A stretch of 64,000 nt of DNA, taken from Spirochaetia bacterium (lineage in GTDB: Bacteria; Spirochaetota; Spirochaetia; CADAEX01). A program made the translations under genes and the position numbers. A model generated the notes under the pieces. It was not told where the DNA came from. It did no database searches and worked only from the letters and a program-made list of their open reading frames with translations. The DNA lies in contig OY759746.1 in assembly GCA_963662795.1 (NCBI GenBank), forward strand, positions 32,001 to 96,000, given 5' to 3'. This document shows positions 1 to 9,783 of the stretch, piece after piece; within the stretch, counting starts at the first letter, position 1; each line of letters starts with the position of its first letter.

Positions 1-5
1 TTAAG

Positions 6-45
6 AAACAGGTACTAAACATGTATATTTATTACCTGTTTTTTT
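6..45 (+). terminator. Probable intrinsic terminator of a gene upstream of the window
   Basis: AAACAGGTA (6-14) and TACCTGTTT (33-41) form an inverted repeat that runs into a T tract. Confidence 0.5.
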
Positions 46-49
46 AGCG

Positions 50-78
50 TTGTATACCGGGATACTTATTCATATATT
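50..78 (+). promoter_or_regulatory. Sigma70-type promoter for rnk
   Basis: TTGTAT-17 bp-TATATT; GGAGG RBS precedes ATG 105. Confidence 0.5.
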
Positions 79-104
79 AGATATATTATCTGGAGGGTTA
101 GTAT

Positions 105-521
105 ATGGCCAAAAAAATTGTATTATTCAACAGCGATTATAAAAAACTTGTCAAACTCGTTCAGGTATATAAAGATTCCAACCGCCTCAAATCAAAACAT
201 CTTTTAAAACTGGCAGAAGAGCTTAAAAACGCAAAAGTAATAGGAGATGACCTTCACGGCAGCCATAAACATGACGCTGTAAGTATAAATTCAACTGTCG
301 TTTTCAAAAACCTTGATACAGGTGAAACAATGCAGGTTACTGTTGTTTTTCCTGCTGATACTGACCAGGAAGGAAGCAGGGTATCAATTCTCTCTCCGCT
401 CGGGACTGCACTCATTGGTGAAGAGGAAAACAATCTCACAACCTGCCTTGCCCCCGAAGGACAAATTCCGCTTCGCATTGAGAAAATACTTTCAAAGCAG
501 ATGCAGACAGCAGGTAATTGA
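105..521 (+). CDS. rnk: GreA/GreB-family factor, Rnk type (nucleoside diphosphate kinase regulator)
   Basis: 138 aa with a short N-terminal helix; C-terminal Gre domain motifs 'VSINSTVVF' and 'RVSILSPLGTALIG'; GGAGG RBS. Confidence 0.8.
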   Translation: MAKKIVLFNSDYKKLVKLVQVYKDSNRLKSKHLLKLAEELKNAKVIGDDLHGSHKHDAVSINSTVVFKNLDTGETMQVTVVFPADTDQEGSRVSILSPLGTALIGEEENNLTTCLAPEGQIPLRIEKILSKQMQTAGN

Positions 522-562
522 AATAATGCTCAAACTCCATTAGACTGCTGCCAGTTAACAGA

Positions 563-1603
563 ATGCATAAAATTACAGCTTTTACACAGGAAGAGGCCAT
601 GCTGGTTGATAAATCAGCTGACATCTTTAAAGAAAAAGGGAAAGATATTTACTCAAATTTCATAAGGCAGAAAAAAGATCTAACCATTTTGGCTGAACTT
701 GTGTCGAGAACACCCTCATTACGTTCAGGGGAAAGGCATGGAATGTCAAAACGTGATATCAATACAATGGCTGAAACCCTTTCCCTGACAGGAACAGCAA
801 ATCCCCTTCTTCTTCCGACAAGAGCTACAATGGGAAGATGTTTCATTCTGACAAAGATTAATTTTTTCTCATTTATTACCAAAATTCTGATAACAATTGA
901 GACAAATACACTGCTGGCCAGGGAGATACAGTTTTGCTGCAACAAACTGGTTTTTTCCCTCATGGCAGAGAAAGCTTATGAAGCTATTATTGAAAATGAG
1001 ATTGCTTCAGGCAGCATAATTAAAGCTGCGGCAGATGAGCTCTCTTTCCTGTGGGAATACAGGATGGACAGGAATCTTGATTCTTTCTCCCCCCCGCTGA
1101 TGGCACTCTGGAAAGAAAGGTGCGATGCGGTTCCGGTTCTGGGAACCTTGCAGGGAACAATGGAGGTGCTCAGAATCTCAATCAACCTTCCTGATATCTG
1201 GGGTGACTTTCTTGCTTCACCGGCAAATAAGAGCTGTATGGAACAGGCGCTTGAAGAATTTGTATTCGGCCTCAGTTTTGAAGAGATAACCCACCTGAGA
1301 CGCATTATGGAATCTTTCGATATTTCCGCAATTGACAGGGTAAAAGCTGTTGAAATTCTTAAAAAAGAAAAATTGTATAAGGAAAAACAGGGTATTTTCC
1401 TGCGGGGCGACGCAAGGGCAATATATTCTTTCTTTCACATCAGGAATGAAAATGCTGTAAAAAGAAAGCTTCAGGGTTCTCCGGGCCCCCGGCAGACAAT
1501 AGAAGAACTTTTTCTCATCTACCTTCTTGAAATAAAGAAAGAGGATTTCAAATCTGTAATTAAAAAATCCTTCACAAAGCTTTTCAGGGTATTTAAAAAA
1601 TAA
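563..1603 (+). CDS. Hypothetical protein, predicted alpha-helical and soluble
   Basis: 346-aa ORF with gene-like composition 41 bp after rnk; no motif recognised; start could be 599. Confidence 0.75.
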   Translation: MHKITAFTQEEAMLVDKSADIFKEKGKDIYSNFIRQKKDLTILAELVSRTPSLRSGERHGMSKRDINTMAETLSLTGTANPLLLPTRATMGRCFILTKINFFSFITKILITIETNTLLAREIQFCCNKLVFSLMAEKAYEAIIENEIASGSIIKAAADELSFLWEYRMDRNLDSFSPPLMALWKERCDAVPVLGTLQGTMEVLRISINLPDIWGDFLASPANKSCMEQALEEFVFGLSFEEITHLRRIMESFDISAIDRVKAVEILKKEKLYKEKQGIFLRGDARAIYSFFHIRNENAVKRKLQGSPGPRQTIEELFLIYLLEIKKEDFKSVIKKSFTKLFRVFKK

Positions 1604-1668
1604 TAGCCCCGTTTAAGCAGTCAGCAAAAACAGGGTATTGATTATAAAACTTTTTAATGCAGGGCAGC

Positions 1669-3354
1669 TTATTCCCTTGTAAGATGCCTGTATTTTATCC
1701 TGTGAGGCTGATCATCGCTTATACCGAGCCTCTCTTTCCTGTTTGCCTCATATTCCGAATAGTTGCCTTCAAACCAGAATACTTTGCTGTCTCCCTCAAA
1801 TGCGAGAATATGGGTGGCTATCCTGTCCAGGAACCATCTGTCATGGCTTATTACAACAGCGCATCCTGCAAAATTGATTAGTCCTTCCTCAAGCGCCCTC
1901 ATTGTATTGACATCAAGATCGTTTGTCGGCTCATCAAGAAGAATTACATTCGCCCCCTCTTTAAGCATCATTGATATATTTATCCTGTTTCTTTCTCCGC
2001 CGGAAAGCACCCCGATTTTTTTCTGCTGATCAGCGCCCGTAAAGTTGAATTTCGCGACATAAGCCCTTGAATTGATTTCACGGGTACCTAATTTTACAAT
2101 GTCGCTGCCGCCTGAAATCATGTCATATACTGTTTTGTCATCCTTAAGAAGTTCCCTTGTCTGGTCAACATAGGCAAGCTTTACAGTCTCTCCTATTCTT
2201 ATTGTCCCCTTATCCGGTTTTTCCTGGCCTGTTATCATCTTAAAAAGTGTTGTTTTACCTGCGCCGTTAGGACCGACAATCCCTATTATGCCGCCCGGCG
2301 GCAGCGAGAAAGTCATATCCTCTACAAGAACCCTGTCACCGTAGCTTTTTGTAATTCCCTCAGTTTCAATTACAAGATTTCCGAGCCTTGGCCCAGCCGG
2401 GATATATATCTGAAGATCCTTTGTCCTGGCTTCATTTTCCTGGCTGAGGAGGTTTTCATAGGCGTTTATCCTTGCCTTTGACTTGGTATGTCTTCCTTTT
2501 GGACTAAGGCGTATCCATTCAAGCTCTCTCTGGAGCGTCTTCTGTTTTTCAGTTTCCTGTTTTTCCTCTTCCCTCAGCCTCTGTTCCTTCTGCTCAAGCC
2601 AGGATGAGTAATTCCCTTTCCAGGGAATACCCTTGCCCCTGTCAAGCTCAAGTATCCAGCCTGCTACATTGTCAAGAAAGTACCTGTCATGAGTGACCGC
2701 GATAATCGTTCCTTCATACCTCTGGAGATGGTGCTCAAGCCAGGCGACTGTTTCAGCGTCAAGATGGTTTGTCGGCTCATCAAGGAGGAGAATGTCCGGT
2801 TTCTGAAGCAGCAGTCTGCAAAGCGCCACCCTTCTTTTTTCTCCGCCGGAAAGTACCCCTGTTTTCATATCTTCGGGCGGGCATCTTAATGCTTCCATTG
2901 CCATATCAAGCCTTGAGTCAAGGTCCCATGCGTTAAGGTTATCCAGCTTTTCCTGTATTTTCCCCTGTTTATCAAGGAGTGAGTTCATCTCATCCTCTTC
3001 CATGGGCTGGGAAAATTTTTCATTTATCTCATCGTATTCCTTGAGCATGGCTACGACGGAGGCTACCCCCTCTTCCACAACTTCCCTGACTGTCTTTTCA
3101 GGATCGAGTTGGGGCTCCTGTTCAAGGTAGCCGATTGTATAGCCAGGGGACAGGACTGTTTCGCCGTTAAACTGGGTGTCAACACCTGCGAGGATTTTAA
3201 GCAGTGAGCTTTTTCCTGATCCGTTAAGTCCGAGCACGCCGATTTTTGCGCCGTAAAAATATGACAGATAAATATCCTCAAGTATCTTTTTAGTGCCATG
3301 GGTTTTGCTTACCCGTACCATTGAATATATTACTTTATTTTCTTCGTTTGCCAT
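1669..3354 (-). CDS. ettA: Energy-dependent translational throttle protein EttA (ABC-F ATPase)
   Basis: Two ABC domains (GLNGSGKS, LSGGEKRR, GPNGAGKT, LSGGERNR), no TM segments, EttA-typical 'GAKIGVLG', 'RELEWIR' and 'PHRIKYR'. Confidence 0.95.
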   Translation of the reverse strand: MANEENKVIYSMVRVSKTHGTKKILEDIYLSYFYGAKIGVLGLNGSGKSSLLKILAGVDTQFNGETVLSPGYTIGYLEQEPQLDPEKTVREVVEEGVASVVAMLKEYDEINEKFSQPMEEDEMNSLLDKQGKIQEKLDNLNAWDLDSRLDMAMEALRCPPEDMKTGVLSGGEKRRVALCRLLLQKPDILLLDEPTNHLDAETVAWLEHHLQRYEGTIIAVTHDRYFLDNVAGWILELDRGKGIPWKGNYSSWLEQKEQRLREEEKQETEKQKTLQRELEWIRLSPKGRHTKSKARINAYENLLSQENEARTKDLQIYIPAGPRLGNLVIETEGITKSYGDRVLVEDMTFSLPPGGIIGIVGPNGAGKTTLFKMITGQEKPDKGTIRIGETVKLAYVDQTRELLKDDKTVYDMISGGSDIVKLGTREINSRAYVAKFNFTGADQQKKIGVLSGGERNRINISMMLKEGANVILLDEPTNDLDVNTMRALEEGLINFAGCAVVISHDRWFLDRIATHILAFEGDSKVFWFEGNYSEYEANRKERLGISDDQPHRIKYRHLTRE

Positions 3355-3487
3355 TTTTCCCTCTTGTGTTATATATTTACGCTAATTGTTGTTTGTTGTT
3401 TTTGGAACTGCGTTTACTGTGTTAAGCATTTTCTGTTATTAGATCAAAATAGTCAAGACAGACCTTATCCCTGCTTTTGTCCGGCAA

Positions 3488-6409
3488 TCAGATATCAAGT
3501 GTAATTTTTCTGAAATTGTTCTCACTAAAATATTTTTTATATTTTTTATATGATTCCCGTCCTGTCAGAACGCATCTGCTGTTTTTCATAAATTGATTTC
3601 TGAGCATATCGGCAGAAGCGGCAATATTTTTTATCCCTGTATCAAGCATAACATTACGGCTCTTCTGCCTGAGATCATCATCAAGGCCGTAGATTTTTCG
3701 CCTGATATTTATCACCCCTTTTTCCCCCGGAGCAAGAGGCCTTATTTCCCTTCCTGTGCCGCTTATTACTGCTTTAAGCAGCATCTCTTCTGATACAGAT
3801 TTTTCTGAAACTGATTTTAAGGATTCATAAAATATATTCTGGGTCTCCTCAATATTCGGATCCCGGTAGGATGAGAAAGAAAAAAGGCCTTCCATGCCGT
3901 TTGCGACTACCCCGACGCCGTATGCCCCGCCGTCCATTCTGATTCTGTCCCACAGATATCCTGTTTCAATAATCCGTGATAATATTTTCTCATAAACATA
4001 TTCATCACTCCCCACCCTTGAAGAAGGAAAAACCGCACCGTTGTAGCTGACCATGGACGGAACAAGGATAAGGCTGTTTGCTGGCTCAGCAGCGGAGCTT
4101 CCCCGGCCTGACGCGCCTGCCTGAGGGGTTTTATAAAAAGGAGCAGCCCTATCAGAACCTGCCGGCAGATGACTCTTCAGAATCTGATAGCATCTGTCAA
4201 TATCACTTTCATCAGATGTAATACCTGAGACTGAATGAGGAGATCCGGCAATAAATCCTTTAATTTCCAGAAGATTTGCAGATACAGTCTCAAGATTTTT
4301 TTTATCATCTGTATTGATTGACTGAAGGAAAAACAGCTGGCTTATACCGCTCCACTTTTCCTGAAGAGAGAGGGATGATGAATAATCTTTCGAGGCATAA
4401 AGTGTTGCAGTATAATTACCTCTTCTTACAATTGAAGCTTTAAGATCATTTACCATCTCCCTTATTATATCTTTAAGCCTTGAAAGATCGCTGAAATCAG
4501 CATTAGCAAGGATGTCAAAAATAAAGTCTGCCGCTTCTCCATAGCGGGAAGAAAGGGATTTAAAATGGACAGAGAGAATCTCAAGCACATTGCCGTTTAC
4601 ACTTTTCCCTGTTTCAGGCGACACATAAAATCCACCTGCCTTAAGATTCATCATTTTAGCGGTATCATAATAAGGTATTCCGGGCAATCCGGTTTCTCTG
4701 ATGAACTTCGAAAAAAGAGGAAGGTATATTTTAAGGTTTTCACCAAGAGGGGCAATATCATAAAAAAGATCTGTATAGGTAATACCTGCGGTATAAAAAG
4801 AATGAAGAAAGCATCCGCAGCCTGTTTCCTTTTTCTCGACAAAAGGGATAATTTCAACTTTTTCAGGAATATCTTTTTTTTCAAGAACAGGAATCCTTGC
4901 AATATCTTCTTCCCTGTCACTTTCTCCCTGATATTCACCAAATACAGCGGTTTCCCGCTCTGCCCTTTCCGCCATATCCCTGTCAGGGATTATATCATCT
5001 GTATCCCCTGAATTATTATCGTTATCCGGCATAACAGTTACTATTGACCTGTGGATGTTCTCAAGAAGTTTTTCCCTTATCAGTTTTTCAAAAAATCTTT
5101 CATCCCTGAAAAGTTCAGCGCGGACTTCATCCATCAGCTGATTAAACTTCAGGGTTACCTCCGGGGCAAGGCCGTGCAGCCATCCCTGGCAGCACATATT
5201 CATCAGCTTTAATCCGAAGGGTCTCCCCCCCCTTATTTCCCTGTTTGCGAATTCGAACTGTCTCAAAGTCCCTTCAACAAGATCAGGATCAAAACCCTTG
5301 TCTGTAATATCCTTAAGGCATTTGAAAACAAGTTTTTCGAATTCGCCCCTTTTTTCAGCTTTTGTCCCTCTCACGCCTACTGAAAAGGTTATCTGCCTGA
5401 TATCAGTATCAGCGCCGCTGACAGGCGAAAGGTCTTCTCCTATTCCAGAATCAATAATTGCCAGATAAAGGGGGGCTCCTGAGCTCCCTATAAGAAGTTC
5501 GCAGAGGATTTCTGTCTTGAGCGCATCAAGAGGATCTGTTGAGTTTCCGCACAGCCAGTTGATTGTTATACTTGTAACTCCGCTTCCCTCTTCCGAGTGC
5601 GCAGTCTTTTCCAGGTAAACAGGCTGATCAAGTCTTTCCTGTATTTCAATCTCCCCGATTTCTGATGAATGACTGAAACGTGACAGGAATTTATTATCGA
5701 TAAAATCAAGCTGCTTTTCTGTATCAATATTTCCATAAAGAAATATCCTGGCATTGGACGGGTGATAATATTTTGCATGAAAATCCCTGAATTCCCTATA
5801 GCTCAATTTTCTGATTTCTTCAGGCGTGCCTCCGGAATCAAATCTGTAGGCTGTATCAGGGAACAAGGACCTGGTTGACCATTCCGCGAGGACAGAATTA
5901 TGCTCGCTGTAATTCCCCTTCATCTCGTTATACACCACGCCGCCATATGTACAGCTGCCGTCCTCATTCTTCTGCACCCTTATACCTTCCTGCAGAAAAG
6001 TAGCTTCCCTCAGGAGAGGGAAAAAAACAGCGTCACCGTAGACAGACATCAGATTGAAATAATCCGCCTCGACTATGCTCGACGCGGGGTATACAGTCTT
6101 GTCAGGGTATGTCATTGCATTCAGAAAAGTGTACATGCTGCTTTTTAAAAGCTGCACAAAAGGATCTTTCAACGGGAATTTTTCAGACCCGGCAAGAACA
6201 GAATGTTCAACAATGTGTGCCGTTCCTTTACTTTCGAACGGTATAGTTTTAAAAATAAATGAAAAAAGATTTTCCTCATCATTATTGCTTATATGATAAA
6301 GCTCACATCCGGTTTTTACATGCCGGAAAAGCCTGCCTTCAGACTTGAATTCTGTCAAATTATCTATTGATTCAAGAGTAAACCCGCTGATTACATCGCC
6401 GATCTGCAT
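3488..6409 (-). CDS. M16C insulinase-family metallopeptidase (presequence protease PreP-like)
   Basis: Inverted zinc motif HIVEH, 'FLNAMTYPDKTVYP', 'GVVYNEMKG', 'IRMDGGAYG', 'SYRDPN'. Confidence 0.9.
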   Translation of the reverse strand: MQIGDVISGFTLESIDNLTEFKSEGRLFRHVKTGCELYHISNNDEENLFSFIFKTIPFESKGTAHIVEHSVLAGSEKFPLKDPFVQLLKSSMYTFLNAMTYPDKTVYPASSIVEADYFNLMSVYGDAVFFPLLREATFLQEGIRVQKNEDGSCTYGGVVYNEMKGNYSEHNSVLAEWSTRSLFPDTAYRFDSGGTPEEIRKLSYREFRDFHAKYYHPSNARIFLYGNIDTEKQLDFIDNKFLSRFSHSSEIGEIEIQERLDQPVYLEKTAHSEEGSGVTSITINWLCGNSTDPLDALKTEILCELLIGSSGAPLYLAIIDSGIGEDLSPVSGADTDIRQITFSVGVRGTKAEKRGEFEKLVFKCLKDITDKGFDPDLVEGTLRQFEFANREIRGGRPFGLKLMNMCCQGWLHGLAPEVTLKFNQLMDEVRAELFRDERFFEKLIREKLLENIHRSIVTVMPDNDNNSGDTDDIIPDRDMAERAERETAVFGEYQGESDREEDIARIPVLEKKDIPEKVEIIPFVEKKETGCGCFLHSFYTAGITYTDLFYDIAPLGENLKIYLPLFSKFIRETGLPGIPYYDTAKMMNLKAGGFYVSPETGKSVNGNVLEILSVHFKSLSSRYGEAADFIFDILANADFSDLSRLKDIIREMVNDLKASIVRRGNYTATLYASKDYSSSLSLQEKWSGISQLFFLQSINTDDKKNLETVSANLLEIKGFIAGSPHSVSGITSDESDIDRCYQILKSHLPAGSDRAAPFYKTPQAGASGRGSSAAEPANSLILVPSMVSYNGAVFPSSRVGSDEYVYEKILSRIIETGYLWDRIRMDGGAYGVGVVANGMEGLFSFSSYRDPNIEETQNIFYESLKSVSEKSVSEEMLLKAVISGTGREIRPLAPGEKGVINIRRKIYGLDDDLRQKSRNVMLDTGIKNIAASADMLRNQFMKNSRCVLTGRESYKKYKKYFSENNFRKITLDI

Positions 6410-6487
6410 TAATTCTCCTTAACCTGTACTATTCATCTTTAAAGCCGTATCTGATGCCGTCTTTGCCGGCATCGCCCTGATACCGGG

Positions 6488-8644
6488 TCAGACATCTTTT
6501 ATTGAAAGCGATATTCTTTTTCTTTCAAGGTCTGTTTCAATTACCTTTACACTCACCTTCTGATTCACCTTGATAAAATCTGCCGGATTCTCAACAAAGT
6601 TTTTTGATATCATGCTTTTATGAACAAGCCCGTCCTGATGCACCCCGATATCAACAAATGCGCCGAAAGCTGTAACATTGGTAACTGTGCCGTTAAGTAC
6701 CATCCCGGGGGAGATGTCCTCAATCTTTTCAATTCCATCAGAATAAGTAAAGAGGGTGAATTCGCTTCTTGGATCCCTCCCCGGTTTTTCAAGTTCAGCT
6801 ATAATGTCATTTACAGTAAAAAGCCCGGCACTTTCATCTGTGTACTTTCCCGGATCAATTTTGGCGGTAATTCCGCTCATTCCCATCAGCCGGTCAAGAT
6901 CAAGATTAAGGTCATCAGCTATCCTTTCAGCAATATGATAATTTTCAGGATGCACCGCGCTGCGGTCAAGCGGGTTTTCACCATTCATTATCCTCAGGAA
7001 TCCGGCAGCCTGCTGATAGGCTGTTTTGCCAAGCCCTTTTACTTCAAGCAGGTTACTCCTCTGGTAGAATAAACCCGATTTTTCCCTGTGTCTTACAATT
7101 GATGCAGCAAGTGTTTTTCCAAGTCCTGAAACATAACCCAAAAGCTCGATTCCTGCGCTGTTGACATCCACACCTACTGAGTTGACACAGCTCACTACTA
7201 CATCATCGAGTGCTGTTTTCAGCTTCTTCCTGTCAACATCATGTTGATACTGCCCAACCCCGATAGACTGCGGATCAATCTTGATAAGTTCCGAGAGGGG
7301 GTCCTGCAGCCTTCTGCCTATTGAAACAGCCCCCCTGAACGTAATATCAAGGTCAGGGAACTCTTCCCTGGCTGCCTCCGATGCTGAATAGACTGAAGCA
7401 CCGCTTTCGTTTACCGTAATAATCTTTATTTTACCGGACAGTACTTTATTAAGATACTTTGATATTTCCCTTGAGCCTGTACCGTTGCCTACTGCGGCCG
7501 CCTCCACTTTATACTTATCGATATAACCCTTTATAATATCCAATCCCTTTTTGTTTTTTTCATCCTCATCTGCAGTATTATTGGCATACAATACAGTCTG
7601 GCCAATCAGCTTACCGGTACTGTCAATAAGAACAACCTTACTCCCTGTCCTTATTCCAGGATCAACTGCTATTACAGGCTTGTTTCCGTAAGGAGGCTCA
7701 AGAAGAAGTTCCCTCAGCCCGGACGCAAATACGGCAATTGAATATTCATCCGCTTTTTCCTTAAGGGCCCCTGTATGCCAGTTTTCAATTGAGGGAAGCA
7801 GAAGGCGGGACCAGCTTTCATTTACGGCCCTGTCTACCAGGCCTGAAGCCTTTACAGAAAGCTTTCCGGTCAGTTTCATATCCCCGTCAAATATTTTCCT
7901 GATCATCATGCAGGCTGTTTCCGCATCAGGGCGTATTTTAACCGAAAGCATTTTCTCTTCATGTCCCCTCATAACAGCCAGTATCCGGTGAGGAGGCGCT
8001 TTATCCGCCCTTTCACGATAGTCAAAATAATCCCTGTACTTCTGCGCATCTGCGCGCTTTTTCTCTATAACCCTGCTTTCGATAAAGGTCTCTTTTTGAA
8101 AGAGGATACGGAGCATTCTTCTTATTTCACTATTCCCGTTAACAAGGGCGGCAATAATGTCTGTGCATCCTTCAAGAACATCATCCGCGGACGAAAGGCC
8201 TTTTTCGCTGTCTATGTATTTTACTGCTTCCTGCTCCGGATCTCTTACATGCCCTTCAAGAATACCCGTTGCAAGGGGCTTAAGCCCCCGTTCTTCCGCA
8301 GTCTTTGCCCTGGTCTTCTTCCCTTCTTTGTAGGGAAGATAAATATCCTCAATTTCTTCCGCGGAAAAGGAATTGTTTATCTTTTTTTCAAGCTCATCAG
8401 TAATAAGATTTTTATCTGTAAGTGTTTTTATTATAAAAGCTTTTCTTTTTACAAGATCGGTAAAATACTGTGCTTTATCCCTTATCGCGGCGATCTGCTC
8501 TTCGTTTAGATTTCCGGTAACTTCTTTTCTGTACCTTGCCATAAACGGTACAGTCGCTTTTTCATCAAGAAGTAAAAGGACTGCTTTTACATTTTTTTCT
8601 GGGATAGAAAGATTTTCTGATATTATTTTACTTATTAAATTCAT
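6488..8644 (-). CDS. tex: Tex-family RNA-binding transcriptional accessory protein
   Basis: 'TVPFMARYRKEVTG', 'DPGIRTGSK', 'GRRLQDPLSELIKIDP', HhH motifs and C-terminal S1 domain; start moved from 8722 to ATG 8644. Confidence 0.93.
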   Translation of the reverse strand: MNLISKIISENLSIPEKNVKAVLLLLDEKATVPFMARYRKEVTGNLNEEQIAAIRDKAQYFTDLVKRKAFIIKTLTDKNLITDELEKKINNSFSAEEIEDIYLPYKEGKKTRAKTAEERGLKPLATGILEGHVRDPEQEAVKYIDSEKGLSSADDVLEGCTDIIAALVNGNSEIRRMLRILFQKETFIESRVIEKKRADAQKYRDYFDYRERADKAPPHRILAVMRGHEEKMLSVKIRPDAETACMMIRKIFDGDMKLTGKLSVKASGLVDRAVNESWSRLLLPSIENWHTGALKEKADEYSIAVFASGLRELLLEPPYGNKPVIAVDPGIRTGSKVVLIDSTGKLIGQTVLYANNTADEDEKNKKGLDIIKGYIDKYKVEAAAVGNGTGSREISKYLNKVLSGKIKIITVNESGASVYSASEAAREEFPDLDITFRGAVSIGRRLQDPLSELIKIDPQSIGVGQYQHDVDRKKLKTALDDVVVSCVNSVGVDVNSAGIELLGYVSGLGKTLAASIVRHREKSGLFYQRSNLLEVKGLGKTAYQQAAGFLRIMNGENPLDRSAVHPENYHIAERIADDLNLDLDRLMGMSGITAKIDPGKYTDESAGLFTVNDIIAELEKPGRDPRSEFTLFTYSDGIEKIEDISPGMVLNGTVTNVTAFGAFVDIGVHQDGLVHKSMISKNFVENPADFIKVNQKVSVKVIETDLERKRISLSIKDV

Positions 8645-8817
8645 TTTTTTTCCTGCATTATTGAACCGGTAATTAAATATTTTAAAATTCAAATATTCAA
8701 ACTGATTACGGTTATGTATCAATCCAGTTTAATTATTTGATAAATATTGCCGGTTCAATAAATCATACAAAATATTTGCCTGTTAAAGAATAGCATTATG
8801 AGCTAAAAAAATGTATC

Positions 8818-9783
8818 ATGGTTTTCACTATGAAAGATATGTCTCTTTTAAAAAAAAGATCAGAGATAATTCGTGAAACGGAAAATTTTTTTATTGAAAA
8901 CAATTATCTACAGGTTGAAACCCCTCTTTTATCCCCTCATCTGATACCGGAATCCCATCTTGAGGTATTCGCTTCAAAAATGACAAACCCCTATGGTGAG
9001 GATAAGGATTATTATCTCACCCCTTCTCCTGAAATATGGATGAAAAAGCTTCTTGCGCAGGGGTCGGGTTCCATTTTCCAGATTTCAAAATCCTTCAGGA
9101 ATTCCGAGCAGACCGGCTTCCATCACAATCCTGAATTTACAATGCTTGAATGGTACACAACAGGAGCTGACTACAGCGGTTCTGTCATGATAACCGAAGC
9201 TCTTCTGAAACATCTTTCACAAAAATTCGATTGTCCGGGAATTGCCCCCCCGATAATGAATATTTCAATGAAAGAGCTTTTTTTACAATATACATCTATT
9301 GATATAGAAAAACACGGCAGTACTGCGGAATTAATTGACGCTGTTGAAAAAACGGGATACGGCAGAAAAGAAGGATATACCTGGGCAGATGCCTTTAACT
9401 CGCTGTTTCTTTGCGAAGTTGAACCTGAAATACCGAAAGACAGGCCTGTGCTGATCACGGATTACCCTGAGCAGATACCATGCCTCGCAAAGAGGAGCCG
9501 GAAAGGGCCGTGGTTCCAGCGGTGGGAACTTTATCTTGACGGTATTGAAACAGCCAACTGTTATACCGAGGAGACTGATAAAAAACTGGTTGACCGGTTT
9601 TTCAGGGAGCAGAGCCTGCAGAAAACAAAAGCATTGGTCCCTCATCATGTTGAGGAAAGCTATACAGAGATATTTGACGGCAGATTCCCTGAATGTTCAG
9701 GCGTCGCACTCGGGATCGACAGACTTGTAATGGCGATAACCGGAACAAAAAGGATACAGGATATAATCAGTTTTACATTTTAA
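8818..9783 (+). CDS. epmA: EF-P lysine aminoacylase EpmA/GenX (LysRS-II catalytic-domain paralog)
   Basis: 'YLTPSPEIWMKKLL', 'FRNSE..HNPEFTMLEWY', 'RWELYLDGIETAN', 'SGVALGIDRL'; no anticodon-binding domain. Confidence 0.88.
   Translation: MVFTMKDMSLLKKRSEIIRETENFFIENNYLQVETPLLSPHLIPESHLEVFASKMTNPYGEDKDYYLTPSPEIWMKKLLAQGSGSIFQISKSFRNSEQTGFHHNPEFTMLEWYTTGADYSGSVMITEALLKHLSQKFDCPGIAPPIMNISMKELFLQYTSIDIEKHGSTAELIDAVEKTGYGRKEGYTWADAFNSLFLCEVEPEIPKDRPVLITDYPEQIPCLAKRSRKGPWFQRWELYLDGIETANCYTEETDKKLVDRFFREQSLQKTKALVPHHVEESYTEIFDGRFPECSGVALGIDRLVMAITGTKRIQDIISFTF

Noticed and set aside
8645-8722. N-terminal extensions given by the ORF track (tex 8722; also 34800, 38524, 40347, 41837, 47800, 56943, 58646)
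   Set aside because: The extensions run through promoters, hairpins or neighbouring genes; downstream ATGs fit RBS position or family N-termini better
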